A DNA stretch of 64,000 nucleotides from Flavobacteriia bacterium (GTDB taxonomy: Bacteria > Bacteroidota > Bacteroidia > Flavobacteriales > Schleiferiaceae), in the NCBI GenBank assembly GCA_013373425.1, contig JABXHW010000007.1, positions 3,429-67,428 on the forward strand, in the 5' to 3' direction. The notes under the pieces are model-generated. The model made no database searches. It was not told the origin of the DNA and worked only from the letters and a program-made list of their open reading frames with translations. Both the position numbers and the translations under genes were made by a program. Of the stretch, positions 9,879-18,174 are shown piece by piece. Position 1 is the first letter of the stretch. Each line of letters starts with the position of its first letter.

Positions 9879-10577
9879 ATGAGTCTGTTTCAAAGAATTT
9901 TCAAAATCGGTCAGTCTGAGGCCAACGCCTTAGTCGACAAACTTGAGGATCCTATCAAACTCACCGAACAAGGTATCCGTGATTTGAAAAAGGACCTCGA
10001 CAATAGCCTCAAAGCTCTTGCTGAAGTGAAGGCCATCGCCATCCGCAGCAAGCGCGACATGGAGGAAAACAACAACAAAGCGCGTTCGTACGAAGCGAAA
10101 GCCATTCAACTACTTCAGTCTGCCAAAGAAGGCAAGATGGATAGTGCTGAGGCCGATCGCCTAGCAACAGAAGCGCTCAACCGCAAGGAAGAAGTTTCTC
10201 GCGCAGCCACAGTGAATCAAGAGAATTACACGAAGCTGCAAACACAAATCGACTCTCTCAATACGAACGTTGAGAAAATCAAGTCGAACATTGCCAAGTA
10301 CGAGAACGAGCTCAAAATCTTGAAAGCTCGCGCAAAGGTGAGCTCTGCTACTAAAAAGCTGAACAAGTCGATGACCAACATTGATAGCAACAGTACGGTT
10401 TCTATGCTCGAGCGCATGAAGGACAAAGTAGCTGAAGACGAGGCTTTGGCCGACGCTTACGGCGAAATGGCTCTTCAGAGCCGTAGCATCGATGAAGAAA
10501 TCGACGAGGCTTTGGATTCATCTTCATCTGCTGGCAGCGATGCCTTGGCAGAATTGAAGGCCAAGCTGAACAAGTAA
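9879..10577 (+). CDS. pspA: PspA/IM30 (Vipp1, ESCRT-III-like) family protein
   Basis: Amphipathic MSLFQRIFKIG, LEDP..L.Q.IRDL motif, long coiled coils, terminal DALAELKAKL. Confidence 0.92.
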   Translation: MSLFQRIFKIGQSEANALVDKLEDPIKLTEQGIRDLKKDLDNSLKALAEVKAIAIRSKRDMEENNNKARSYEAKAIQLLQSAKEGKMDSAEADRLATEALNRKEEVSRAATVNQENYTKLQTQIDSLNTNVEKIKSNIAKYENELKILKARAKVSSATKKLNKSMTNIDSNSTVSMLERMKDKVAEDEALADAYGEMALQSRSIDEEIDEALDSSSSAGSDALAELKAKLNK

Positions 10578-10580
10578 GCC

Positions 10581-11117
10581 ATGGTATTCGGCTTCTTCAA
10601 GAAGAAAAAACTGGAGTACGATCCAACGGATCTCTCCGTCAGAGACCTAAAGCCTGGCTTTATTTTCGACTACGACCTCCGCGATTGGGAGGTGAAAGAA
10701 ACCAACACCTACGATTGGGGTGGAGAGTGTTTCTCGTGGGACCACAAGATTACCGATGGGAAGGATACGTTCTTCCTCGGAGTGGAAGAAGATGACGGAC
10801 TGGACATTTGTCTCATGAAACCTATTTCTATTCGCATGCTCAACATCAATCCGATGGATGAGTATGCGTCTAGAGGGACATTACCCAATCAGCTGATTGT
10901 AGATGGAGAACTCTTCGAACTCGATGAGGAAGCTCCTGGATATTTCGGTAGTGGAGTAGAACCCAAAGAATGGACGGAAATGATCAATTACGATTATGTT
11001 TCGGCCAAAGATTCATCGCGCTACCTCTGCATTGAACAATACGGAGGACGCGAATTTGAAGCGAGCATAGGTCATGAAATACAGTCCTATGAAATCTCAA
11101 GAATAAACCCTTCCTAA
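10581..11117 (+). CDS. DUF4178 domain protein
   Basis: DLKPGFIFDYDLRDWEV..YDWG...W..Y.Y pattern and position directly after pspA. Confidence 0.75.
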   Translation: MVFGFFKKKKLEYDPTDLSVRDLKPGFIFDYDLRDWEVKETNTYDWGGECFSWDHKITDGKDTFFLGVEEDDGLDICLMKPISIRMLNINPMDEYASRGTLPNQLIVDGELFELDEEAPGYFGSGVEPKEWTEMINYDYVSAKDSSRYLCIEQYGGREFEASIGHEIQSYEISRINPS

Positions 11118-11119
11118 CT

Positions 11120-11863
11120 ATGTTCCAAGGCGAGAAATTCTTCTCTGTCCTGCTCTTTGTGGGATTCGTAGGAGTCATCGTTTACGTAATCAATCTCAAT
11201 TCGAGTGCCGTAAGCGAAGAAGGCTTAGAAGTCTTCCAAAAACAACATCAAGACGAAAGTGAATACACCATTCTGCTCACAGACATGGATTATCACGACG
11301 ACAAGTACTGGCACAAGTACAAAATGCTCATCGATCGTGGTATTGGCGATGACGGTGAGGTTCGTTTCGATTCAATAGAGACAGCAGACTGGATGAGAGT
11401 CTCTCCACCGTTTTTCAAGAAGTATGAAAATGCGCTTGGAATGGAAATCTCAAGAAGCACCAATGGAATTGTAACGAATTCTGTTGCTCCTCCGGGTTAC
11501 TCAGGATATGTAGGGAATGATCGATATGGAGAATGGAGAACCGATTCACACGGCCACTCCTTCTGGCATTTCTACGGACAATACATGTTCATGCGTCATT
11601 TCTTTATGACCAGCTATTACGGTCCAACTCGCACCAGTTGGAGAAACTACGACGAGGGCTATCGACGAAACCGAAGGGACTATTATGGTCCGACGGGCAC
11701 TTTTGGAACCGGGAGATACACAACCCAGGGTCCAGGGAAGCGATCCACTTGGGGCAATCGCTCTGAGTCGTTTAAGAGCAATGTGCGCTCAAGAGTTACA
11801 CGCTCTTCGAGTAGGTACTCTGGCTCTTCGTCGCGTTCAAGAAGTGGTGGATTTGGTAAATAA
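11120..11863 (+). CDS. Membrane-anchored hypothetical protein with basic Arg/Ser/Gly tail (YjfM/DUF1190-like)
   Basis: N-terminal TM helix, SFWHFYGQYMFMRHFF segment, C-terminal ...SSSRSRSGGFGK. Confidence 0.7.
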   Translation: MFQGEKFFSVLLFVGFVGVIVYVINLNSSAVSEEGLEVFQKQHQDESEYTILLTDMDYHDDKYWHKYKMLIDRGIGDDGEVRFDSIETADWMRVSPPFFKKYENALGMEISRSTNGIVTNSVAPPGYSGYVGNDRYGEWRTDSHGHSFWHFYGQYMFMRHFFMTSYYGPTRTSWRNYDEGYRRNRRDYYGPTGTFGTGRYTTQGPGKRSTWGNRSESFKSNVRSRVTRSSSRYSGSSSRSRSGGFGK

Positions 11864-11871
11864 GAAGCAGT

Positions 11872-12768
11872 ATGGGAGATTCTATTTGGTTGACAAACAC
11901 TTGGCAAACCGCAGTTTATATTCTCGCTGCCTTTGCCCTCATTTTTATAGCTCGCCACTTTTTCATGTTCTTCAAAAAAGGACTTGATTTCAAGCACGAG
12001 CTTCTCGAAGAAGATAATTTCGCCTTTTCCATTTCGGTGGTGGGCTATTTTGTTGCGGTACTTATCTCTGTAGGTAGCGCAATTGTTGGTCCTACGCACG
12101 GTTTCGGATTGGACCTCATGTTCCTCATGGTGTATGGGTTGTTCTCCATCATCCTTCTCACGCTATCTGCGGGTATCAACGACAAGTTTATTTTGAGAAG
12201 ATTTTCGGTTCGCAAAGAGATTCATAAAGATCACAATGCCGGCACCGGTGTGATTGTAGGAGCGAATTACATAGCATCCGCGTTGATCATTTTTGGTGCT
12301 ATGACTGGCGCTGGAAAAGACTTCTTTCCTGATGTAACCCTAGGCTTCTTGTATTCCGGAATGATCACCGCTGGTGTGTTCTGGTTGGCTGGTCAACTGC
12401 TCATGGTGATTTTTACATGGGTTTACGATTTAGTTACCCCGTACAATCTTCACGATGAAGTAGAGAAGGACAATGTAGCCGTGAGTTTAGCTTATGCAGG
12501 TATGATCATCGGCGTAGGTCTGCTCATCTTCAACGGTGTAAGTGGCGACTTTTATTCTTGGGAAGATCACTTCATGTGGCTCGGAATTGAAGTAGCCATT
12601 GGATTGGTCCTTCTTCCAATCATCCGCATGATTGTAGACAAGATTCTACTGCCAGGCAGGAATATTACCGATGAGCTCGTCAATCAAGATAAACCTAACC
12701 TAGGCGTTGGATTGATTGAAGGGTTTGCCTACTTCGGAGGTGCGTTGCTCATCATTCTGAGCATCTAA
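11872..12768 (+). CDS. DUF350 (YjfL-like) multi-pass membrane protein
   Basis: Repeated helix-hairpin units ending in 'EL.E.DN.A' type motifs (ELLEEDNFA, EIHKDHNAG, EVEKDNVA, ELVNQDKPN). Confidence 0.85.
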   Translation: MGDSIWLTNTWQTAVYILAAFALIFIARHFFMFFKKGLDFKHELLEEDNFAFSISVVGYFVAVLISVGSAIVGPTHGFGLDLMFLMVYGLFSIILLTLSAGINDKFILRRFSVRKEIHKDHNAGTGVIVGANYIASALIIFGAMTGAGKDFFPDVTLGFLYSGMITAGVFWLAGQLLMVIFTWVYDLVTPYNLHDEVEKDNVAVSLAYAGMIIGVGLLIFNGVSGDFYSWEDHFMWLGIEVAIGLVLLPIIRMIVDKILLPGRNITDELVNQDKPNLGVGLIEGFAYFGGALLIILSI

Positions 12769-12777
12769 AAAGCACAG

Positions 12778-14319
12778 ATGAAAACGAGGTCGACACTCTT
12801 AAAGGCGGCGCTTTTTGCTACCGGTTTCTCGGGCATTGTTGCGGAGTATGTGCTGGCCACTTTGGCGAGTTACTTCCTCGGCGATAGTATCGTCCAATGG
12901 GCAGTGGTGATTTCGCTTATGCTCTTCTTCATGGGTGTGGGTGCAAGATCTACGCGTAGCATTGAGAAGAACGTCTTTGGCTGGTTGATGGGTACAGAGT
13001 TTATGCTGTCCATCATTGTATCGACCTCCGCATTGCTGACCTATGCCTTTGCGGCGTACAGCGACTATACCGGAATTCTGATTTATGGAATTTCAGCATT
13101 AACGGGTTTGATGATTGGTATGGAATTGCCCTTGGCGATCCGACTGAACAATCGGTATGAAGTGCTGCAAGTCAATGTTTCCAATATTCTAGAAAAGGAC
13201 TACTACGGCAGTTTGCTCGGTGGTGTGTTCTTTGTCTTCGTAGGGCTTCCTTACCTCGGATTGAGCTATACTCCCATCGTCTTAGGGATTATCAATTTGA
13301 TGGTAGGTGTGGCCTTGTTGAACGTGTTCCCGGCCTTTGGCAAGTGGAGCAAGTTGAGGTGGAACGCGCTAGCTGGAGTATTGCTCATTGGGGTGAGTTC
13401 CACTTTTTGGTTCGCCGATGACGTGATTCTCTTCGGAGAGCAGCGCAACTATCGAGATAAAATCGTTCTGGATTTGCAAACGCGCTATCAAAAGATTGTG
13501 ATGACACAATGGAAGAACGATTACTGGTTGTACCTTAATAAGAATCTCCAATTTTCCACATACGATGAGCCGCTCTATCACGAAGTGCTCGTCCACCCCG
13601 CGATGAGCTTGCATCCGAATCCAATGCATGTTGGCGTACTCGGTGGAGGTGATGGGTGCGCCGTTCGTGAGATTTTAAAGCACGAAGATGTTCGTCAAAT
13701 AAGCTTGATAGACTTGGATCCGGAGATGGTCCGTTTGGGCAGGACGAATGATGTTCTGCTTCGAACCAACGACTCGTCCTTCTACGACTCCAAAGTGAGT
13801 ACTTACTCGGATGATGCCTTCCATTTTATGGATACCACAAGGGCGATGTTCGATGTGTTGATAATCGACTTACCCGACCCGCGGAATGTGGAGTTGAGCA
13901 GATTGTATAGCTACGAGTTCTACGAGATGTGCAAACGTCACCTTCGTCCGGGTGGATTGCTAGTCACACAAGCAGGTAGTCCTTACTTTGCTCCAAAGAG
14001 CTTCGCTTGTATTGACACCACATTGAAGAAGGCCGGTTACAGCACACTTTCCATGCACAACAACATCGTCACCATGGGCGAATGGGGTTGGGTGATTGGA
14101 GCCACAGATTCAATCGGTTCCGACCAGATGATTGATAGAATGGAGCAGTTTGATTACGATGAACTGGAGTTGCGCTGGTTGAATGGTTCGGCCATTCGTC
14201 AGATTACTTCATTTGGTAAACAGTACTTCCAAACCTTTGGCGAGGAATTGAAACCAAACCACATACACGACCCGGTTTTGTACCGCTATTATTTGAACGG
14301 AACGTGGGATTTATATTGA
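12778..14319 (+). CDS. speE: Polyamine aminopropyltransferase (spermidine synthase) with N-terminal multi-TM domain
   Basis: About 7 N-terminal TM helices, then TRYQKI, LQFSTYDE..YHE, VLGGGDG, IIDLPDP and GEWGW motifs. Confidence 0.9.
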   Translation: MKTRSTLLKAALFATGFSGIVAEYVLATLASYFLGDSIVQWAVVISLMLFFMGVGARSTRSIEKNVFGWLMGTEFMLSIIVSTSALLTYAFAAYSDYTGILIYGISALTGLMIGMELPLAIRLNNRYEVLQVNVSNILEKDYYGSLLGGVFFVFVGLPYLGLSYTPIVLGIINLMVGVALLNVFPAFGKWSKLRWNALAGVLLIGVSSTFWFADDVILFGEQRNYRDKIVLDLQTRYQKIVMTQWKNDYWLYLNKNLQFSTYDEPLYHEVLVHPAMSLHPNPMHVGVLGGGDGCAVREILKHEDVRQISLIDLDPEMVRLGRTNDVLLRTNDSSFYDSKVSTYSDDAFHFMDTTRAMFDVLIIDLPDPRNVELSRLYSYEFYEMCKRHLRPGGLLVTQAGSPYFAPKSFACIDTTLKKAGYSTLSMHNNIVTMGEWGWVIGATDSIGSDQMIDRMEQFDYDELELRWLNGSAIRQITSFGKQYFQTFGEELKPNHIHDPVLYRYYLNGTWDLY

Positions 14320-14320
14320 T

Positions 14321-14626
14321 ATGAAAGCAGCGATTTATAACTATACCGCCTGGATTGAGGAGTGTGAGCCATTTCGCATTGCACGGGCTATGGATGTGTT
14401 GCTTGATGAAGCTGGCTTTCATGTGCTCCAATTCACCGATCATCATTTTGAACCGCAAGGTTACACGGCTATTTGGCTGTTGAGTGAAAGTCATTTAGCC
14501 GTTCACACCTTCCCAGAAGAAGGGAAGACGTACATTGAATTGAGCAGTTGTAACTTTGAGAAGAACGAGACCTTCGAGAAGGAACTTAGTCGTGCTGAAT
14601 TCACACTAACTACAGCTAGCGAATGA
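14321..14626 (+). CDS. speD: S-adenosylmethionine decarboxylase proenzyme (short, pyruvoyl-dependent)
   Basis: HHFEPQGYT..WLLSE/SHLAVHTFPE self-cleavage motif and downstream SSC. Confidence 0.88.
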   Translation: MKAAIYNYTAWIEECEPFRIARAMDVLLDEAGFHVLQFTDHHFEPQGYTAIWLLSESHLAVHTFPEEGKTYIELSSCNFEKNETFEKELSRAEFTLTTASE

Positions 14627-15663
14627 ATTTTGGGAAGCGCAAATATTGGATATGGGGCGTGTTGACCGCGCTGTTTTTCCTGTTGCTCTATCTCATTCAA
14701 GCTGTAGAATCTCAGGACCCTAATAGCAGCATTAAAAACATGTGGGATGCCTTCTGGTATTCTATTGTTACGCTGACAACTGTTGGTTATGGGGATAGCT
14801 TCCCGGTTACTGTTACCGGGAAGATTTTGGGCCTCATACTCATCTTTATGAGTTTAGGTCTGCTCAGTGTACTCATCGGAAACATCGCATCGCAAATCAA
14901 TCGTTATATGGAACGCAAACGCTTGGGTTTCTTCGGAACCAATGAAACCAATCACATTGTGATCATCGGGTGGAACGACATCGGCCGATTGATTGTGGAG
15001 CAGGTGATTCAAGCCGGGCAATCGGTGGTGGTTGTATCTGAAAAGAAAGAAGCCATTGAGCGCTTAAATGAGGATTATCCCGAGCGCGTCTTCGGCGTTC
15101 ATGGTGAGAAAGTATGGAGTGCCGAATCGGTGGAACGCGCGAAGATGAACGAAGCCTCTTCCATTTACATCAACGTTTCCGACGACAGCGCAGCCTTGGT
15201 TACTTTGATCAACATCCGCCAGCATTGCGCCAACGCTCAGATTGTTGTCCGCCTCACCAATACCGATTTGAAGAGCACATTCTTGAACGCTGGTGCTACC
15301 TATATCATCCCTGAGCAGGAAATCAGTTCCAAGCTTGCCGCGAGTTTCCTCTTTGAACCCGAAGTGGCTTTATTTACTGAGGATCTCATTACAACGGCAG
15401 GGGACGACAATGAGAACTTCGATTTGCAGCAGTACCGCGTTACGGAAAGCAGCCCGGTTGCTGGCTGGGATTACGGTCGCGCTTTCACGGAAATCAAGAA
15501 AGACTACAACGCTATTCTCGTTGGTCTATCCAAAGGCCAGAAGCTTCACAAGAACCCGGCAGATGATACCCGAATTGACAATGGGGATTACTTGCTTTTG
15601 ATTGCCAACGGCGCTAGCCAGGGGCAGTTGGAGAAGGCGTTTGGAGTGAAGCAGGGGAGGTGA
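14623..15663 (+). CDS. Two-TM potassium channel with RCK (TrkA-N/TrkA-C) domains
   Basis: TVGYGD selectivity filter, IIGWNDIG Rossmann-like RCK start, C-terminal HKNP..D..I..GD.LLLI. Confidence 0.92.
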   Translation: MNFGKRKYWIWGVLTALFFLLLYLIQAVESQDPNSSIKNMWDAFWYSIVTLTTVGYGDSFPVTVTGKILGLILIFMSLGLLSVLIGNIASQINRYMERKRLGFFGTNETNHIVIIGWNDIGRLIVEQVIQAGQSVVVVSEKKEAIERLNEDYPERVFGVHGEKVWSAESVERAKMNEASSIYINVSDDSAALVTLINIRQHCANAQIVVRLTNTDLKSTFLNAGATYIIPEQEISSKLAASFLFEPEVALFTEDLITTAGDDNENFDLQQYRVTESSPVAGWDYGRAFTEIKKDYNAILVGLSKGQKLHKNPADDTRIDNGDYLLLIANGASQGQLEKAFGVKQGR

Positions 15664-15669
15664 GTATAC

Positions 15670-15697
15670 AAAACAGCCACACATAGGTGTGGCTGCT
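15670..15697. repeat. Hairpin/terminator, copy A of AAAACAGCCACAC-N4-GTGTGGCTGCT
   Basis: Lies between the convergent K+ channel and methyltransferase genes; arms identical to copy B at 16818-16845. Confidence 0.85.
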
Positions 15698-15725
15698 TGT
15701 TTAATGGCTCTAGCTTTTAGTTGAT

Positions 15726-16583
15726 TTAGAGACCTTTTGAACTAGCTTTTGTTGCGATGGTGAACAAGACGTTTTTCCCACTAAAGGGATCGTCTCCCAG
15801 TACGATGTCATCTTCGAATTCGACATCTCCAAATGAACTCGTGCTAAGAATGTCTTGGATAGAGTTTTCATCGTAGAAGTGATTCCAGAATCGATAGGTT
15901 TTGACACCACCGCTCTCCTCACATATGATGTGTTGATAGAGTATTACATCAGCTTCAGGATAATGAAAACTACTGGAAAGAGTTAGATGGGCCTCATTAC
16001 TCCAAAATCCAGAAGAAGCACAGCCCCAATTTATTGGACTCACTTTAGACGCAATCTCATTTTTTCTGAGAACATCAAAGATGAACTTTCCACCATCATT
16101 CAGAGATTTCGCCACTTTTTCAATTAGAAGTAATCTCTCTTTTGGAAGCAACGGCCCAAAATCGGTGTATATCAATAGCACCAAATCATACTCTTCAGTG
16201 CCTAGGTCAAGATCTAGATAGCTTCCGTGACGGTAATCTATATCTAGCCCTTGTTCAATACTACTTTGCTTTGCGTATTCTATGGAATTTAAGGAGATGT
16301 CCATCCCCGTTACAGAATGCCCAGCATTGGCAAGTATTTCTGAATATAAACCTGGTCCACAGCCTAAGTCTAGAATTTTCAACTTACGATCTGGTGCGTG
16401 TTCATCGAGTATCCAATTGATGGTTGCATGAATTGACTCTGGCTTTCTGCTCGCCAGGTCAATTTCAGGGTTTAGGTGTACTTCTAGTAGTTGTTTTGCG
16501 ATATGTGGGTCAGTCCACATGAATGCGTTGCCCGCTTCATAAAGTGCAGGTTGACTTGATGACTTCAGAATCTCTGATATCAT
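15726..16583 (-). CDS. Class I SAM-dependent methyltransferase (lower-GC cargo)
   Basis: ILDLGCGPGLY motif I; MWTDPHIAKQLLE.HLNP..D.ASR N-terminus; spot counts of three 60-nt lines give 35-42% GC versus about 48% in a flanking line. Confidence 0.9.
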   Translation of the reverse strand: MISEILKSSSQPALYEAGNAFMWTDPHIAKQLLEVHLNPEIDLASRKPESIHATINWILDEHAPDRKLKILDLGCGPGLYSEILANAGHSVTGMDISLNSIEYAKQSSIEQGLDIDYRHGSYLDLDLGTEEYDLVLLIYTDFGPLLPKERLLLIEKVAKSLNDGGKFIFDVLRKNEIASKVSPINWGCASSGFWSNEAHLTLSSSFHYPEADVILYQHIICEESGGVKTYRFWNHFYDENSIQDILSTSSFGDVEFEDDIVLGDDPFSGKNVLFTIATKASSKGL

Positions 16584-16817
16584 GATTGTATAGATTTAGC
16601 CCAATACTAGGAATAGCAAAGGGTCATTTGATGTAAATGGAAATACAAGGGAGGCTAATTATTGAAGTCTTTCAACAATCTGCCAAGTGTCTCGGAAGAG
16701 ACTAAATGATATGGAGTCTAAAGTGCCATCGATGCAAATTTAATATATCTGCACCAACCTACAAGGAAGTAATTGACCGTGATTCCGATAGCACGCTTGG
16801 CTCGATGGCTATAAACA

Positions 16818-16845
16818 AAAACAGCCACACGCAAGTGTGGCTGCT
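16818..16845 (-). terminator. Hairpin/terminator copy B, directly after the duplicated tRNA 3' end
   Basis: Same 24 arm bases as copy A with a different 4-nt loop; U-tract on the minus strand. Confidence 0.8.
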
Positions 16846-16849
16846 CTTT

Positions 16850-16867
16850 CTTGTTGCCCGACTAGGA
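16850..16867 (-). repeat. 18-bp direct repeat of the tRNA-Gln 3' end (att-like)
   Basis: CTTGTTGCCCGACTAGGA is identical to 17049-17066. Confidence 0.9.
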
Positions 16868-17003
16868 TTGACCTCCTAACGTCGGTCCGTCCTTCTAAGG
16901 GGGGCTTTGTACCCAAGTTTTAGAACGTCACTATTCCGCTGCGCTTCATAGTTCGTTTTGCATTTACAACCGTTTCGTTCAAGCAAGCTTGGCTCACAGT
17001 CCT

Positions 17004-17042
17004 AAAAGCAAAACGGCCGCTACACTTTGTGTAACGGCCGTT
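17004..17042 (-). terminator. tRNA-Gln terminator
   Basis: AACGGCCGTTACAC-AAA-GTGTAGCGGCCGTT followed by TTGCTTTT on the minus strand. Confidence 0.85.
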
Positions 17043-17052
17043 CTAAAACTTG

Positions 17053-17124
17053 TTGCCCGACTAGGACTCGAACCTAGACTGACTGAACCAAAATCAGCTG
17101 TCCTGCCAATTAGACGATCGGGCA
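17053..17124 (-). tRNA. tRNA-Gln (anticodon TTG)
   Basis: Cloverleaf: TGCCCGA/TCGGGCA acceptor stem, GCTGA-TT TTG GT-TCAGT anticodon arm, CTAGG-TTCGAGT-CCTAG T arm; CCA not encoded. Confidence 0.97.
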
Positions 17125-17140
17125 TCCTCGATTGGGACGG

Positions 17141-17148
17141 CAAATATA
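17141..17148 (-). promoter_or_regulatory. Bacteroidota -7 promoter element (TATATTTG) for tRNA-Gln
   Basis: Exact TAnnTTTG 16 nt upstream of the mature tRNA. Confidence 0.75.
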
Positions 17149-17190
17149 TAACAAACCGTCAATTCCAAAAAAGTTTGTGCTGGGGTTTTT

Positions 17191-18174
17191 TTAGGGTGTG
17201 CGCCATGCGATGATGCAACGCGCGAAAACCCAGAGGAATAAAGGGTAGGCGAAGAGAAGAACGACAGGTAGCCACGGTTGGATGAGGAATGCCAAAGGTA
17301 ACGTGAGCACTAGCCAGAAGGGTGTACCCAAAATGATGAAGCCAATTTGAAGTGTACTCTTAAAATCGGTTCTGGAGTGCGATCGTACACGATAACGCGC
17401 TAAGAGTAGAATTGGACCGAGTAAGACATACCCGATGGGAAGCGCTACAAAGCTGAGAATCTTCCAGAGCGCCATGCGACCCACAAGCTTCTTAGTGTTC
17501 TGACAATTCCAAATTGCAATTTCGTTGTCGTCATGGACCATCTCAGATAGCTTTTCGTGAGCAAGGTCGGTGAGCTGCTTTACTTTTTGTGCGTCGGATG
17601 TATCGGCACTTTCTGGGAGTACGAGCTCCTCACCAAAATTTACCCGTACATCAGGACCCCAATTCTGCCAGTCGCTGTACTCGATTACGGCAGGAATAAC
17701 GTGCACTTCTTCTCGAGCGGCTTGATGCGCCACGGCCAGCCGAGCCCAGCTCTTTTTCAGTGGACGAATGTCACGTCTGGGCGCCGAGCTTCCTTCAGCC
17801 ATCACGGCTATCGTCCCATCAGAACTTAGGTGCTCCGAAAGCTCTTGCATGGTAGCGGGCAAGTCTTTTTTCAATGACTCACGGCCGTGATCACCGCGAT
17901 ACATGGGTAGGATGCGTAAGAAGCGCAATAGTCGATTCGAAGTAGGGGTGTTGAAGAAATCCGCACGGGCCACAAACACGGGTTTACGCCTTGTGGCGAA
18001 CAGAATAGAAAGTGCGTCGGGAAGATTGTTTTGATGGTTGGTTACTAGGATGGTCGCGCCAGTCTCAGGAACATTCTCTACTCCGCGAACTTCAAAAAGC
18101 CGACAATAGCACTTTGTATACGCCCAACGAGCATAGTGGAACAAGAGTCGATATGCGAAACCGGGGTTATTCAA
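17191..18174 (-). CDS. 1-acyl-sn-glycerol-3-phosphate acyltransferase family (PlsC-like)
   Basis: NHQNNLPD (HX4D) motif, FVARADFF, AEGS; C-terminal TM helices; TTG start. Confidence 0.85.
   Translation of the reverse strand: MNNPGFAYRLLFHYARWAYTKCYCRLFEVRGVENVPETGATILVTNHQNNLPDALSILFATRRKPVFVARADFFNTPTSNRLLRFLRILPMYRGDHGRESLKKDLPATMQELSEHLSSDGTIAVMAEGSSAPRRDIRPLKKSWARLAVAHQAAREEVHVIPAVIEYSDWQNWGPDVRVNFGEELVLPESADTSDAQKVKQLTDLAHEKLSEMVHDDNEIAIWNCQNTKKLVGRMALWKILSFVALPIGYVLLGPILLLARYRVRSHSRTDFKSTLQIGFIILGTPFWLVLTLPLAFLIQPWLPVVLLFAYPLFLWVFARCIIAWRTP

Noticed and set aside
15662-17124. Intact prophage or integrative element at tRNA-Gln
   Set aside because: No integrase or phage genes, and the att-like repeats are only about 200 bp apart; reported instead as a small repeat/cassette structure.
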